Origin: Nemertoderma westbladi
Lineage: Eukaryota; Animalia; Xenacoelomorpha
Direction of reading: 5' to 3'
Assembly (NCBI GenBank): GCA_032718475.1
Contig: JAUCBJ010004830.1
Span: 26,310-90,309, forward strand
DNA length: 64,000 nucleotides
The first letter of the stretch is position 1. Each line of letters opens with the position of its first letter. This document shows, in pieces, positions 51,027 to 64,000 of the stretch. The notes beneath the pieces are model-generated. The model had not been told where the DNA came from, ran no database searches, and saw nothing but the letters and a program-made list of their open reading frames with translations. The translations under genes and the position numbers were made by a program.

Positions 51027-52078
51027 GAAATAATTTATGTTCTAGAACAAAAAACCATCTTGATAATATCCATTAACATGGTCCAAAATATTATTTTGTA
51101 ATTTTAAGATCACTAGCTACCTTTAAAAACACTAGCTACCTTAATAAAAAATAATAGGTAACCTCTCTCAGAAGGTGAAATTTATGTTCTAGAACGAAAA
51201 ACATCATGATAATATCTGATAATATGGTAAAAAAATTGATCAAAAATTAGGTACCAAAAATTTGGTTTTGTAATTTTAAAAACAGTAGCTACCTAAAAGA
51301 AATCACTAGCTACCATAAAAGAAACAATAGCTAACGTCTAACAGAAGATAACATTAATGTTATAATACAAAAAACCTCAAGATAATAGCCATTAACATTG
51401 TCAAATAAATGGTCAAAAAGTGGGTACCCATAACATAGTAGTACCACAGTGTCTTGTAAAAGCCATTTCATTTTTTGGTGGCCCTTTATGAACAGTGTCC
51501 AATAGAGGTCATTTTGAATTTTAGTGGCTCCAATGGAATATTGTATTGCATGGGACAATCCTTTTTAAAGTTTTTTATAAATATATTCAAATTAAATTAA
51601 ACAGTATTAGATAAAGCGGTTTTTTTGTGAGAGAAATCCAGAAGTCCAATTTTTTATTTTGAAAAATAGCTTTTATCATGAGGTTTTTATTCTATAACAT
51701 TTGACATTTTGACAGTAAGATTGTAGCTAGAAATTTTGATTTTGTGTTAGCTAATACTTTTTATTAGCTAGTGAAACAATAAAAATTTAAAATTTAAAAA
51801 AAAATTTCTTGTTGAAATTACTTTAATCATTGCTTTTATTATTTATTAGCTACCATAAATTTTACTAGATATCATGATAATTTAATTGAAAAATTTCAAA
51901 AATTTTAAGACCGCGTTTACACTACCGAGTCAAAGTCAAGGTCAAATTCAAAAGAAAATAAATATAGCTAGCTAGCAATAATAAATAATAATACATTATA
52001 TAGGCCTAATATAATACATAAGGGCATTCTAGAAAAAATTAATTTCATGTGATATGTTTTACATTTTGTCTTTTAAAA

Positions 52079-53280
52079 CCCTATTAGTACCGGGCTATAA
52101 AATGCTGTACAAATACCGGGGGGGGGGGGGGGGGGGGTGTCATATTGACCCCTCCCTCTAAAATCTACAAATATTAACGAAAACGTCTGAACTTACTGGG
52201 GTGGTAATATTGCAGCACCAAAATTACAAGTAGTGCACAATTTTCACAAAATTTGAAAGTTACATTTTTCGGCTAATTGTTTTTCAATATAGGTTTTTTG
52301 GGGCGCAAAATACATTGGAAAATATTAAAAAATGATATGATTACCATAAATGGCTGTTTAGTCCTCTCTGCATAGGAAAAAAATGAAAAAACAAGTAACC
52401 AGCACTTTTCAGTTAGAACACAACATTTTTAATTCACTTATATGATGCTATAAATTCACATTTTCTAGGGCGCTGATTCTAATGGAATATGCCAGATCAT
52501 TGCTACTTGTATTTTTCGGCATAATTTGACAAATTTTGGTGCTAGCACCAAATTTCGTACCCATCACCAAAAAGTACAAGTTTGCGATGTCCAGTGCTGT
52601 TTTTATTGATTCCATCGGATTCAGGACCCTCATAAACCCGTATAACGCAAGAAACAAGGTGATACTATCTACTGATCAATTTACTCATTTTCCGAAATTT
52701 GGTGCTGGCACAACAATTTTCACCCACCGGCGAAAAATACAAGTTTGAAAACTTTTATAAATTTTTACTGTTTCCATTGAATTCAGAACCTTAACAAACC
52801 CGTATAACGCAAGAAACAAGATGGCACAATCAATTGATATATTTGATGGTTTTCAAAATTTGGTGCTAGCACCACATTTTGCACCCAATTCCGAAAAATA
52901 CAAGTTTGAGATGTCTAGTTCGATAAATATATATTCTATTGAATTCAGAACAGCCATAAACCTCTAAAATGCAAGAAATAAATTGTCACAAGCAATTTTA
53001 TCTATTGAATGGATTTTCAAAATTTCGTACTAGCACCAAAATTTGCACACAGCACCGAAAAATACAAGTTTGATACGCTTGGTGCAACTCGTATATATTT
53101 CATCGAAACCAGAACCCCAAAAAACCCCAATTGCGTAAAAAACAAGTTTCAAACAATCAATTTACAAAATTGACATATTTCAAAATTTGGTGCTGGCACC
53201 AAAATTTGGCACCCGACGAAAAAAACAAGTTTGAAATTTATAAATCAATTTATATGAATTCCATCCAATTGCTAAGACCA
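52079..53280 (+). mobile_element. Non-autonomous DNA element end with about 170-bp internal repeats
   Basis: Begins CCCTATT..CCGGG(G)n..TGACCC; repeats contain TTGGTGCT(A/G)GCAC and CGAAAAATACAAGTTTGA. Same family at 63628. Confidence 0.6.
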
Positions 53281-53570
53281 AAAAAACAGTTTGCAGGATC
53301 TTGATTGCGGCGTAAGCGATCAAGACTAAGGTACCGGTCGACCGGTAACCAGTAGGCCTGACTGCCTGATCACCCGGACCGGTACTTACAACAGTACAGG
53401 TATATCAGTACTATTTCGATTGTGATATTGCATACCGGTAGGCTGTTTAAGAGATTAGGGACTGTACACCCCTTGTTTCTTTTGGAGCTTACTTATTTCT
53501 GTCAGTTTTATTTATTTGTAGGCTAGTATTGAGCAGAAGGCGTGTAAGCCTGCTCAGTCTGTACAGACAA

Positions 53571-54140
53571 TTTGTGGGCTGGACTGTTGTCTGACTGTTG
53601 TTGGGTCTGGAGAGATTACGGCGTGTGTAGAGTCTGTCCGATAAAGTGCCAGTTAGTAAGTTGGGGCAGCCAGAGCTGTAAGGTCAATCCCCTCCTAAAG
53701 AATAAGTCGTACTACCGTGTTAGAACGCATACTAACTAACCATTTTGGAATCTGCATATACTGTAGTTTATTTAGGCTCGATAGTAGTCTGCCAGCGTTT
53801 TAGCCTGTGTTTGTTTGTGTGGTCTGTTCAGGTACCGTAATAGTTATTACTCAGATATTTTGTAGGCTGGATTGTTGTCTAGCTATTATTAGGTCTGAAG
53901 AGATTGCTGCGTGTGTAGAGTTTGTCTGATAAAGTGCCAGTTAGTAAGTTGGGGCAGCCAGAGCTGTAAGGTCAATCCCCTCTTAAAGAATAAGTCGTAC
54001 TACCGTGTTAGAACGCATACTAACTAACCATTTTGGAATCTGCACATACTGTAGTTTATTTAGGCTTGATGGTAGTCTGCCAGCGTTTGGTTTGTAATTT
54101 GTTTGAGTAGTTTGTACGGGTAGCGTAATATTTATTATTC
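53571..54140. repeat. 288-bp tandem duplication in a GT-rich non-coding tract (possibly LTR or UTR)
   Basis: ATAAAGTGCCAGTTAGTAAGTTGGGGCAGCC at 53641 and 53929. Confidence 0.85.
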
Positions 54141-57100
54141 AGAGTTTATGCGATTATGCGGTTTATTCCTACAGTAATTGTGCTTGTTACACATACCGTT
54201 ATAGTTAAATTAACCCCGGTACTACACGGGCTGCTTGGCGTAGGTAAAGACTGGTGACTTTGTGCTCTGGTCACTCCAGCAGATGCCGTGGTTCTTTTAA
54301 CTGTTCAAGTATATTTAACTGCTAGTTTTCTGTTTTATAAGTACTTGTACCTAATTTAGGGTTTGGTGTACAGTGCTTTCCGAAAGTAATTAGTGTGTAG
54401 GCAGTGTATTGTGTTGTAAAGTGGTTAATAGGCACGTTGGATCTGGTAGTCCGCGGTAATTAACTTCTAGGTAGGAACACTCCGTGATACATAACGTAGT
54501 ACCTATAGTGATACGGCTATAGGTCGTCAGGCGGTGGTATTTTTCCTATCTGGACAATGCAGTATATTGACTACTATATTGAATTATTATAACTATTGCA
54601 CGAATGAAAAAATGCCATAATTTAATTATGCGGAGCGTTTCGATTTATTACATCAGTAATATCATAAGTAATAAGTCGTAAAGTCCCGCAAAATCAAATT
54701 AAGTCATTTTTTTTTCATTCTCGCTAGTTATATTTTTTTTTACTACGATTACGTTATCCAACCGGGACTTCAGTAACAATAGTCTGAAAATGTTTGTTAT
54801 AGTGGCCTACCGGGAATGTAATGTATATTAAGTTCGAAACGCGAAAATAATCTAACAAAATTCGCGATTCTCCACCGATTATGTATTCCATGTGACGCCG
54901 CCATTCCAGCCACTTGTGTTCGAAAACAATTTAGGGTTTATTTTAGTGCCGATATGATAGGCTAGTTATTATACAGTTAATGGTCTGGGGAGAGGGAATT
55001 CATTAATAGAACATTACCTTATCTGATCACTCTAGGTTATGCAGTCTGCTATAGTAAGCATATTTAAGGCTCTTATAGGCACCGTACAATATGGTACCGC
55101 ACAATCAATCTACTTAGAACTAATTACAACCCTCTAATCTCCATCTGAGAAAAAATAGCACTGCATTATCTTTTGTAACGGTGAATTATTCACGTAGACA
55201 CCTGATTTTATTTTTGCAACGGCAGTAAATTCGCTGTTAGGGTTATAAATCCTTAGCTAAATAAAAATATTTCACAAATAGAAATTACACGCTTCAATGG
55301 GTATTTCGGGGGGTCGAACCAGGTATTAACAATCACATAGAGACTACAACCATATAGTTCGCATTCATGTAGACATATTGACGCCTCGTAAACCAAAACA
55401 AAGAATGCCAGTTTCCGGCCCGGAAACGGACATATTCTTATTCATATAACATAATTCGTTCATTATGCTGTTCCTTATTCCTAGTCCTTATTCATATAAC
55501 ATAATTCGTTATGCTGTTCCTTATTCCTAGTCCTTATTCGCATCTGCTGATTTACATAGTTTCAAAATGAATTCGGTTCGATAACGTTTCATTTTCACTC
55601 TCACAGAATCAGTTGTCAATTGTACATGGAATTATTTGTAGCAGATATTTGATTGTAAAATTAACATTTATATAGTTGCATATATCTGTACAGTGGGGAA
55701 AGGGGGGACAGTGTACAGGGGGGACTACAGTATAGACATCCCTCTTCAGGAGAAAATCGACGTAAATACATTAAATTGTAACCTATTCTATTGACTTAGT
55801 GACAGTAAGTTACTTATGGCTGACTATATATTTTTCAATACGATAGTCTCTTCACTACTCCTTGAAAAAAAATATTTTTACAATTCGATTGGTGATGTCT
55901 TGTATTTCCTTCCGATACAAATTGGGGTTATTAAAGTAAAATATTATAGATACAAGTTGGAAGTTGGGGGAACCACCGAACCAATATTAGGAATATTGTA
56001 GAAATACCAATTTATTTGAGAATCAACAATAACCCCATTAGAAATGCATTTGTTTGCCGCCCTTCGGGGTTTCGCGCATGTTTTGCCGCTCTTTGCCACG
56101 CAAAGATTGTTCCAATCGCCGTGTATACAGTAGGTCAAACTGTCTTACTGTAAAAATGACATAATGCCATAATTGGTGTTATGCAGTGTGTCGATTAATT
56201 CCTGTAATCGTATTCGCACTGTATGTTTAATTAAGTAATGAGTATCACGTACAATAAAATCACAATAGCGATATTGAGTTCGCACATTAAAGTCCTCAAA
56301 CCGACTTTATTATTGGCTAAACAAACCAACCACTTTGATTTGTTCCGCCACAACCTACTGTATTATTGTACCACAGTGTGTATGGTAGTTGAAGTAGTAG
56401 TATAATGTGCAGTTTCTATTACACGAACTTTGTAAACAAAAAAGAAGATAACAATGTAATCTCTGGTGATTTTATAACCCTCTTTGGCTGGAATCTAACC
56501 GAAAAATCGTAAATATTGCATTAATTAAACCCCTAAACTCAATACTCCATAGCTTAGGGCCCACTGTTAGTTCAGAACAATATTTAGCTCACAATCCGTA
56601 TCTGTTATCTGTAGTTTAAACATTGTCGGATTGTTTAATTTTTTAAGATGTGTTGTGTAGAAAAATTTATGCATTTTTCCAAGTTGAATTTGGAATTATT
56701 GATGTCACACAAGAGCTATGTGTCGTGCAGAACTAACTTGGTCCGTAAAATAACACAGTATAACAATTGGTGCAACCTAACACATACAGACTGGAGTCAT
56801 ACAATAATAATACAGTAGTTCCACCTGCCTCCATTTAGAATAACAAAACGTGTCTTCCTCTCCACATAATTGAAACCTTTTGACTAACCGTGCAGAATTT
56901 TGCGCAAAGTTTAATTTTACAAAAGATATTTGGAAAAACGAACATCTGGCATACCGGTACCGGTTTGAAAACATAATGGAGCTTTACCGTGTAGGCCTAT
57001 AGTGATTATAAATATCCAAACAACAGCTAATTCATTATGTTTGTTGGTTTGTTAGTGTAGGATTTATAAATTAGCCGAGTGTAATCGCTACACCGACAGC

Positions 57101-57646
57101 CACAACCGACAGCGACAAATATGAAACTGTAACCTGCTTGATTTGGTTGGAATCAGTCCACAGTAATGTAACCTGTTCCTTTCCCTCAATATATAAGGAT
57201 TAGCTTGAATTAGAGTTTTAATAATGGTTCTCCCTATATGGATGTCGGTTGTCTAGCTTTTTCACACGAATTAGCCTATACATATAATACAGTTTAAAAA
57301 TACATTTTTATCTCAAATTGTTGACACAAACAAATGATGAGAAACGGCTGATAAAAGTTTTATGTTTATTAATTCTATTTGCGCCTCATAGGAACACATT
57401 GTATGATGTGCGTGTGTCGCGTTTGGTGGATGCTTGACGTTCCGAAATCGGGTGTTTTATAGTACACCGGATGGTACCAGCAGCTTACATCCACCAAAAG
57501 CGTTGTAATAAACAATTGGACCCCCGAGGTTTTAATTAACCCGGCACTGTATAACTGCGTCGCTGTATTTGTTTTTAATAACCCTAAAATAAATGGCACA
57601 AACTTTACTAACTCGTAAAACATTCCGACGTGGTCTTTGGATTTCT

Positions 57647-58259
57647 AATTACGCCGCAGAGTTACACACTACCCCAATTACTCCGCAGTGTTACACTACC
57701 CGAATTACTCCGCAGTGTTACACTACCCGAATTACTCCACAGTGTTACACTACCCGAATTACTCGGCAGTGTTACACTACCCGAATTACTCCACAGTGTT
57801 ACACTACCCGAATTACTCCGCAGTGTTACACTACCTGAATTACGCCGCAGAGTTACACTACCCCAATTACTCCGCAGTGTTACACTACCCGAATTACTCC
57901 GCAGTGTTACACTACCCGAATTACTCCACAGTGTTACACTACCCGAATTACTCCGCTGTGTTACATTACCCAAATTACTCCGCAGTGTTACACTACCCGA
58001 ATTACTCCGCAGTCCGCAGTGTTACACTACCCGAATTACTCCGCAGTGTTACACTACCCGAATTACTCCGCAGTGTTACACTACCCGAATTACTCCGCAG
58101 TGTTACACTTCCCGAATTACTCGGCAGTGTTACACTACCCGAATTACTCCGCAGTGTTACACTACCCGAATTACTCCGCAGTGTTACACTACCCGAATTA
58201 CTCCGCAGTGTTACACTACCCGAATTACTCCGCAGTGTTACACTACCCGAATTACTCCG
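57647..58259. repeat. 27-bp minisatellite, about 22 copies
   Basis: Unit GAATTACTCCGCAGTGTTACACTACCC; explains ORFs 57593 to 58019. Confidence 0.97.
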
Positions 58260-58279
58260 CCTATAAAGATACGATTGAC

Positions 58280-58567
58280 AATAAAGGGTATACTCCAAAT
58301 TGGACAAAAGAAATTTTCAAAATTTCTAAGATGCGTATGGATAGAGAACCATATATTATGTACGAGGTAGAGGATTATAAGGGAGAAACAATCCGAGGAA
58401 CTTTCTATGAACAAGAATTGCAATTAGTATTGCAAGACAATAATGTATTACCTATTGAAAAGGTTATCAAGCAAAGACAGAAAGGTTCTAAACTGGAGTA
58501 CTTGGTTAAATTTAAAGGCTACAAAAGAGGAGTGTGGATAGATACAATTGATCGAGATGGCAAGTAA
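58280..58567 (+). pseudogene. Polinton retroviral-like integrase C-terminus with chromodomain
   Basis: KGYTPNWTKEIF..YEVEDYKGETIRGTFYEQELQ..IEKVIKQR..EYLVKFKGY..WI. Confidence 0.85.
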
Positions 58568-58890
58568 ACATATAACTTTATATTCAAATGCATCTATGGA
58601 CTTATTTCCAGCAAATAATCCGAGTGAGTTTTCTATTGAATTGGCTCAACCCATTCCACTTCCAACCCCTGGAAAAATATGGGTAGCTGGATTAAAAGAA
58701 ATCCAATTCCAAGCTACATATATGAATATAGTAAATCAAAGTAGCATATGGGTAGGAAAGTATCATTATGATTCGGAGATCGAAACATTTAAAAATGAGA
58801 TAGAAATTCCTTTTAAACCTGGATTATTCACAAGCATAGAGGGTATAATTGAAACTATAAATGATGAACTTGAAATGTATGGGAAACAAT
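58557..58890 (+). pseudogene. Polinton minor capsid (penton-like) protein N-terminus, truncated
   Basis: HITLYSNASMDLFPANNPSEFSIELAQPIPL..WVAGLKEIQF; the ATG overlaps the end of the integrase ORF. Confidence 0.8.
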
Positions 58891-58894
58891 TTGA

Positions 58895-59290
58895 TTAGCA
58901 AAATTTGTTTCATTGGAGGTTATTAACATCTGGAGAACTGCCTCTCTGCCAACTGTTTCTGTTGATCGTGTTGTTCAGTTATTGAAGGATTATGTTCTGA
59001 AATACCGAAACTTATTAAAGCCATATAAAAGAACGGAAAGATAAACCATCATACAAATCAAAACTGGAACATTTTCAAACTGAATCACTTCTAATCTTCG
59101 ATATTTCCTCTTGTAAATGTTTGAATCCGGAATCTTCCTGTAAATGTGAAATCTCACGCAAAATACCAAAGAAGGAAGACCAATTTCTAATGGATCAGAG
59201 GGCAGATCGCAAAATGTACATCGGGTCTGTTGATTCTGCTGAAAGTCATATTATTAGAAAAAGAGAAAAACATAAGTTAAATTTAGGAAA
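58895..59290 (+). pseudogene. hATm-like transposase N-terminal relic
   Basis: IWRTASLPTVS, IFDISSCKC, CKC, FLMDQRADRKMYIGSVD. Confidence 0.65.
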
Positions 59291-59324
59291 ATACTATGTT
59301 GATAAGAGATAGTCTCTAGTATAA

Positions 59325-59640
59325 TTGTGTAATGAAAGGATATTCTCTGTAAGGTCATCAACTTTATTAAAATGGGATTTCTTCATTCTATACAAAGAAG
59401 AAGATGAGATTTTGACATGCCACTTGTACAGTCACATGAAGTTGTTTACCAGTGCTTGAATTTCTGCATTCTGCGATTTAATGGCTTCACACCTGATTAA
59501 ATTATCCAATTTCCGAAGAACATAACCAACTTTGAGTTGAGTTGCATTATTCAAGGTTTTTGTAGCATGCACAACATTGTGAAAATGTTTTGGATTTATT
59601 AAATCATTCGCCGAAATATTTTCTCCATATAATATAAATA
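59325..59640 (-). pseudogene. Middle segment of the YR-family protein (same family type as 11050-11670)
   Basis: Hand translation: DLINPKHFHNVVHATK..LKVGYVLRK..NNFM*LYKWHVKISSSSL..FNK; not in the ORF track. Confidence 0.55.
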
Positions 59641-61299
59641 TATTTTTGATACAGATTTCTATGGATTATGTTTGCGCCAGCAAGGGGGCAATGGGCTGGT
59701 TAGAGTTCAACCATGCCCATGCTTTCGCACAGTTCACAAGGAGTGGGTAGTCTCGTTTCGACCTAAATGGGACAAGATGATAATTGATAAGGAGGATAAC
59801 ATTATTATACCACACATGTTTTCGAACACTGAATTTCCGATGTTATTCTTCCCTAAAGATGTACTTCAAGTAACAGATTTGGTATATCTATCAAATAAAG
59901 ATTAACATTAACTCCAAAGTAAATATACACACAATCACAGATTGGTCTCGGGCATATATTTTAGTATCTCGTCGAGATATGGAGAGGGTGAGAAACTGGA
60001 CGCAAATCCCATATCAGTGCGTACAGATACCTATAATGAAGCCTTATGTTATGTTAGTTAACGCATTTTATTACACTGTAAGTTTTGTGCCCGAAATATA
60101 GGGTATTTTGTAGAAGTGCTGACTTTTACCACGCTATTAAGAGCTTTGTTTCATCTTTTGTCATTAATATACATATAAACTGAAACCCCTGATATTGACT
60201 TATTTAATTGTTTTGGTTGTAATAACCTGCCACAGTAACGTGATTATTTCCATTAGTCTGCTTATTCGCACCGTCAGATCTTTGACAACATCCTAGTACC
60301 AAATTATTTAGTTATTTAGTGTATAAATAATTATTTATAGCCTCAGACACAATCAATCCGTCACTAATGATTAGGCACGGAATCACATCCGTAACGAACT
60401 GAAAAGATATCGCGGTGGTTGGGTGATATCTGGATGGGCTCAGTCTGCTGTAATAGATGCAGCTACGGAGCAGGTAGAACCTGCCAGGTTCCATATAACA
60501 ACATCCATCATAAAGAAGGACAAACTTTATCACTTCAATTTATATAGAAGTAAGTTTGAAGAAATTAACTACATATTTTATGATTATTATTACTATTATA
60601 TTATATTAATTCATGTTTCTAACTGCTACTGAAAAGTAATTCTTTTGGAAACCCTCTCATCCCTATAATTTTCTTTTACAAATCTTAATGAGATACATTT
60701 GGTCGTGTCAGGATTTTTAATGTGATATTTATATTGCCCCAAGTTACATTTGCAGTTATTCTTCTACCTAAATAGTTTTTTTATTTGAAAGCTGTTTGTG
60801 GTATGATTAGAATTAACACAATTATATACATTTATTTTTAAATGTAGTTGTGATAATTAAATTATTCTATTAAATAAATACACATATATAGTTCTGGAAC
60901 ATTTTGTTTCTATATAATAATTTATCTCAATTTTATATCATTTATCTCATCTACCTTGTTGTCCATCGTATTGCAGCTGGGTAGGGATGGCAATTTTAAA
61001 GTGATCAATCTCTTCAGGAATTTTACGTGAATGAACCATCATTGAGCTACTTATAATTATACTAACCAAATTTTCTTAATGTCTGTTTTTTATGCAAACA
61101 TAATCGAATTATTTATTAGTGAAAGTTTGACAATAATTGATGACCATTCACCTGCTATTTTTTTGGGATGTGGTATGGAGTGGGATGACTGCTGCCAACA
61201 ATTTTGTGAGTCCCTTTACTGATTTCCTTTCTGGCCCAAACCCTGGGTCACCAGGGAGGCCAGATTGTGAGGGGGAGCCAGTGGAGTAGACATTGGGAG

Positions 61300-61780
61300 A
61301 AGAAACCCTGTATCCTGTTATATACTCCAAAACTAGTAAAGCATCGGTCCAATAGACAGTTTTCTCCAGTGGATAGTCAATCTGTTCTGTGACATTCCAG
61401 CCGATGGCTGTAGCGTATAGAGCCGCCTTTAACTCCGCTCGAGGAACTCGTAGCTTGTTGTTTATCAAGGCCTTAGAGGTAACCAAGGTGACTTTAATTC
61501 CATCCGGAGTTTCAACTCTCAGGTAGGCTACTATACCTATTCCCATATCGCTGGCGTCTCCAAACACATGGAGTTGATAGGAATACGTGGGGAGAACATG
61601 ACCCAAAATATGAACGGGAAATCGTAAAGTTCTCGATGGATGGTAGAGAATCTTCCCATTTCTGTACTTAACCGTACTTCCCCGTACCATTTCAGTAGAA
61701 CTGAACATTCGCCTTGTTTTATCAGTTATTCGCCATGGCAGTATTTATGTAATTTAAATTTAATCAGTCGGTACTGGTCT
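61300..61780 (-). pseudogene. BEL/Pao RNase H (peptidase A17 annotation) fragment
   Basis: QLHVFGDASD.GIGIVAYLR, LVTSKA, VPRAELKAA, YWTDA. Confidence 0.85.
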
Positions 61781-62595
61781 GCTGATCTCAGTCCATACTG
61801 CTGCTGCTACTGCACTACCAGACTGACACAGAAATAGTTTTATAACCAGTTTGCAGGTGACGCTAGGGCGGTAGACGTATCAGACGGTCAGGTATACCTG
61901 TGTATTACTGTATTCTGACCGTGTTCCTACTGTCCTACAGTCCTACGTCAGTACGTACCGTGTCTTGTCTACGACAGTATGATTTTCAAGAAGTGCCTGA
62001 CTGAGTTGCTGGATCAGTCTGTCAGTGGATCTGAGATCCGACTGCAGAAAACGGGAAAAGTATTAGGACCTACAACCTGTTAGCCGATTGCCGGTACCGC
62101 ATCGCGCATCACAAACTCAGCCAGTCTTCCTCAGGCACAGATCCAGCAGAAGTAGCCTTACAGTACAGCCTTACAGGTACTATAATCTTATCAATAACCC
62201 GTGTGAAACAGATGTTGACTTAGAATCCCATATTGACCCACCGCTTATTGACTTGGGACCCAATATTGATGCAATAGAACCACTAATCGCAATGACTAAC
62301 ATCCCATTAGATGTAAACGCATGTAGAATATCTTCACCTGAAGAATCTCCAATGGCTGGAAAGCTAAAGCAGGCTATATGGAAAAAGTCTGCGAATAAAA
62401 TCATGGAAGATGTCTTCAAAGACCACCTCTTTCGTGATACTTATACTGCTGTTAGAACCGTGAAAGGATCAATGACTCAGCTCCTTAATACTGCATGCAG
62501 CACTGAAACTTAATTCAAAAAGCATCAAACAAATTTATGCCCGCCTAAGTGAAATGAAGAGGGCCAAGAAGACCCTATTTGAGGATTAACAGTGG

Positions 62596-62921
62596 GTCGC
62601 TTTGGATAGTCCCCAGACTCAGTTGTTCGCTTTGGGTAGTCCCGAGACTCCGTTGTTCACTTTGGGTCGTCCCCAGACTCCGTTGTTCGCTTTGGGTAGT
62701 CCCCAGACTCTGTTGTTCACTATATTTGGGTCATTCCCAGACTCCGTTGTTCGCTTTGGATCGTTCCCAGACTCAGTTGTTCGCTTTGGGTTGTTCCCAG
62801 ATTCCGTTGTTCGCTTTGGATCGTTCCCAGACTCAGTTGTTCGCTTTGGGTAGTCCCCAGACTCCGTTGTTCTCTTTGGGTCGTCCCCAGACTACTGTGT
62901 TGATTTGGGTAGTCCCCAGAT
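62596..62921. repeat. 30-bp minisatellite, about 11 copies
   Basis: Unit CGCTTTGGGTAGTCCCCAGACTCCGTTGTT. Confidence 0.93.
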
Positions 62922-63090
62922 ACGTTCCATACCATTATGGTTGCCCAATGTTCCATTAATAGTGTTTATAATTTCGATAAAGTAAATTGTTCGCTATGGT
63001 TGCACAACGTTCCGTGCTGTGCTATCTTTTATATCTTAAGTAGACAATATTTATCTATAATATTAGTGTTTATAATTTCGATAAAGTAAA

Positions 63091-63620
63091 TTGTTCAATC
63101 GCTCTGTGGATATGTATTGTGTTAGATATACAAACTATCGTGGTGATGGAGATAGTAGTTCGTTTTCTACAGTAGCCAATAGTCAACCATATGGAAGTGA
63201 TAGCCCAATTTCCAAATTAGAATGCATAGGGCATGTACAGAAAAGGATGGGATATAGAATGCGGCGTCTAAAGACCTCTCTCAAGGGTGAGAAATTATCT
63301 GATAGTAAAACAATAGGAAGAAGAAACCGGCTTATAGACAATACCATAAACTCTCTCCAACTCTACTATGGGATGGCAATTAGACGAAATACCCATGATC
63401 TTCAAGCAATGCATCGCATCGTGCTGTCCAAGCTATCCATTTCCATAAGATGTCCACAAATGAGAATCCCCAACATGGATTATGTCCCAAAGAGGATAAC
63501 ACCTGATATGGATACAAGAAATCCCTCATTACTGGATAAGGTTATAATCATAAACATTCACATCCAATTGCAATTATGGATGAGATTCGACCAATTTTCA
63601 GAGATCTATCAAACTTGAAT
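63091..63620 (+). pseudogene. Mutator-like (MULE) transposase fragment
   Basis: FNRS, GDGDSS, PYG, KLECIGHVQKRMG, RL, YYGMAIRRN; frameshifted at the 3' end. Confidence 0.85.
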
Positions 63621-63627
63621 CTTTTAA

Positions 63628-64000
63628 CCCTATTAAACCCGGGGGGGGGGGTCAATATGACCCATCCCATGGTTTTTTTATTATAATTCTGAAACAAACG
63701 CAGTTGGGAATCTGAAATTTTATGACTTTTCCTAAAAATCTATTTTCTTCCTAGTAGTGAAAACCGTTTTCAAAAATATTGGGGTACTTTTTCGAGTTAT
63801 AGCACCATTTTTTTAACCCTACTTTTGGCACGTTTTTTTGAGACGTTTTTGAAAATTACATTTCATTAAATATGAATTATAACATCTTTATTTTTGATTT
63901 ACACCGGTTTTTTGGTGTTAGAAATTTGATGGAATTCATATCAATTGATTTAGAAATTTCAAACTTGTATTTTTCGGCGGGTACCAAATTTGGTGCCAGC
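63628..64000. mobile_element. Terminus of a TTAA-flanked non-autonomous element (family of 52079), runs off the window
   Basis: TTAA|CCCTATTAAACCCGGG(G)nTCAATATGACCC; 63955-64000 is the reverse complement of the 52.7-kb internal repeat. Confidence 0.6.

Larger units (their letters stand above)
48911..51445. mobile_element. Non-autonomous Merlin-type element (outer)
   Basis: Perfect 31-bp TIR GGTACTACTATGTTATGGGTACCCACTTTTT; 8-bp TSD ACAGTGTC at 48903-48910 and 51446-51453; long subterminal repeats. Confidence 0.9.

Noticed and set aside
55900-57623. Short ORFs near the second Polinton relic (55944, 57375)
   Set aside because: No recognisable motifs; cannot be linked to the Polinton.
57593-58370. 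Overlapping repeat ORFs that look like leucine-rich repeats (SVTLPELLR)
   Set aside because: 27-bp minisatellite open in several frames on both strands, with near-identical DNA units.
62088-62580. 141-aa ORF, possibly a retroelement N-terminal region
   Set aside because: Similarity too weak to call.

Overview
Eukaryotic, most likely invertebrate-animal, AT-rich genomic DNA made almost entirely of nested, fragmented mobile elements and tandem repeats. I found no convincing host gene, RNA gene or CRISPR array. All family calls come from motif recognition by eye; no database search was run. Main contents: (1) two Polinton/Maverick (adintovirus-like) relics. One has a pPolB N-terminal region, an intact major capsid ORF and a broken adenain protease (0.6-3.5 kb). 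The other has an integrase-chromodomain end and a minor capsid start (58.3-58.9 kb). (2) A non-canonical HUH-Rep + PIF1 helicase (Helitron-like) gene at 13.8-17.3 kb, with probable N-terminal pieces at 36.5-39.2 kb on the same strand and in collinear order. (3) Several pieces of zinc-finger/tyrosine-recombinase genes. (4) A near-complete Merlin transposon nested inside a non-autonomous Merlin, with both TIR pairs and both 8-bp TSDs intact. (5) RTE and CR1-group LINEs, Gypsy and BEL/Pao pol fragments, and canonical Helitron, hATm-like, piggyBac, MULE and pogo relics. (6) A near-identical 5-kb direct duplication carrying an unnamed, internally duplicated domain. (7) A hidden cold-shock-domain pseudogene. 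(8) Many minisatellites.
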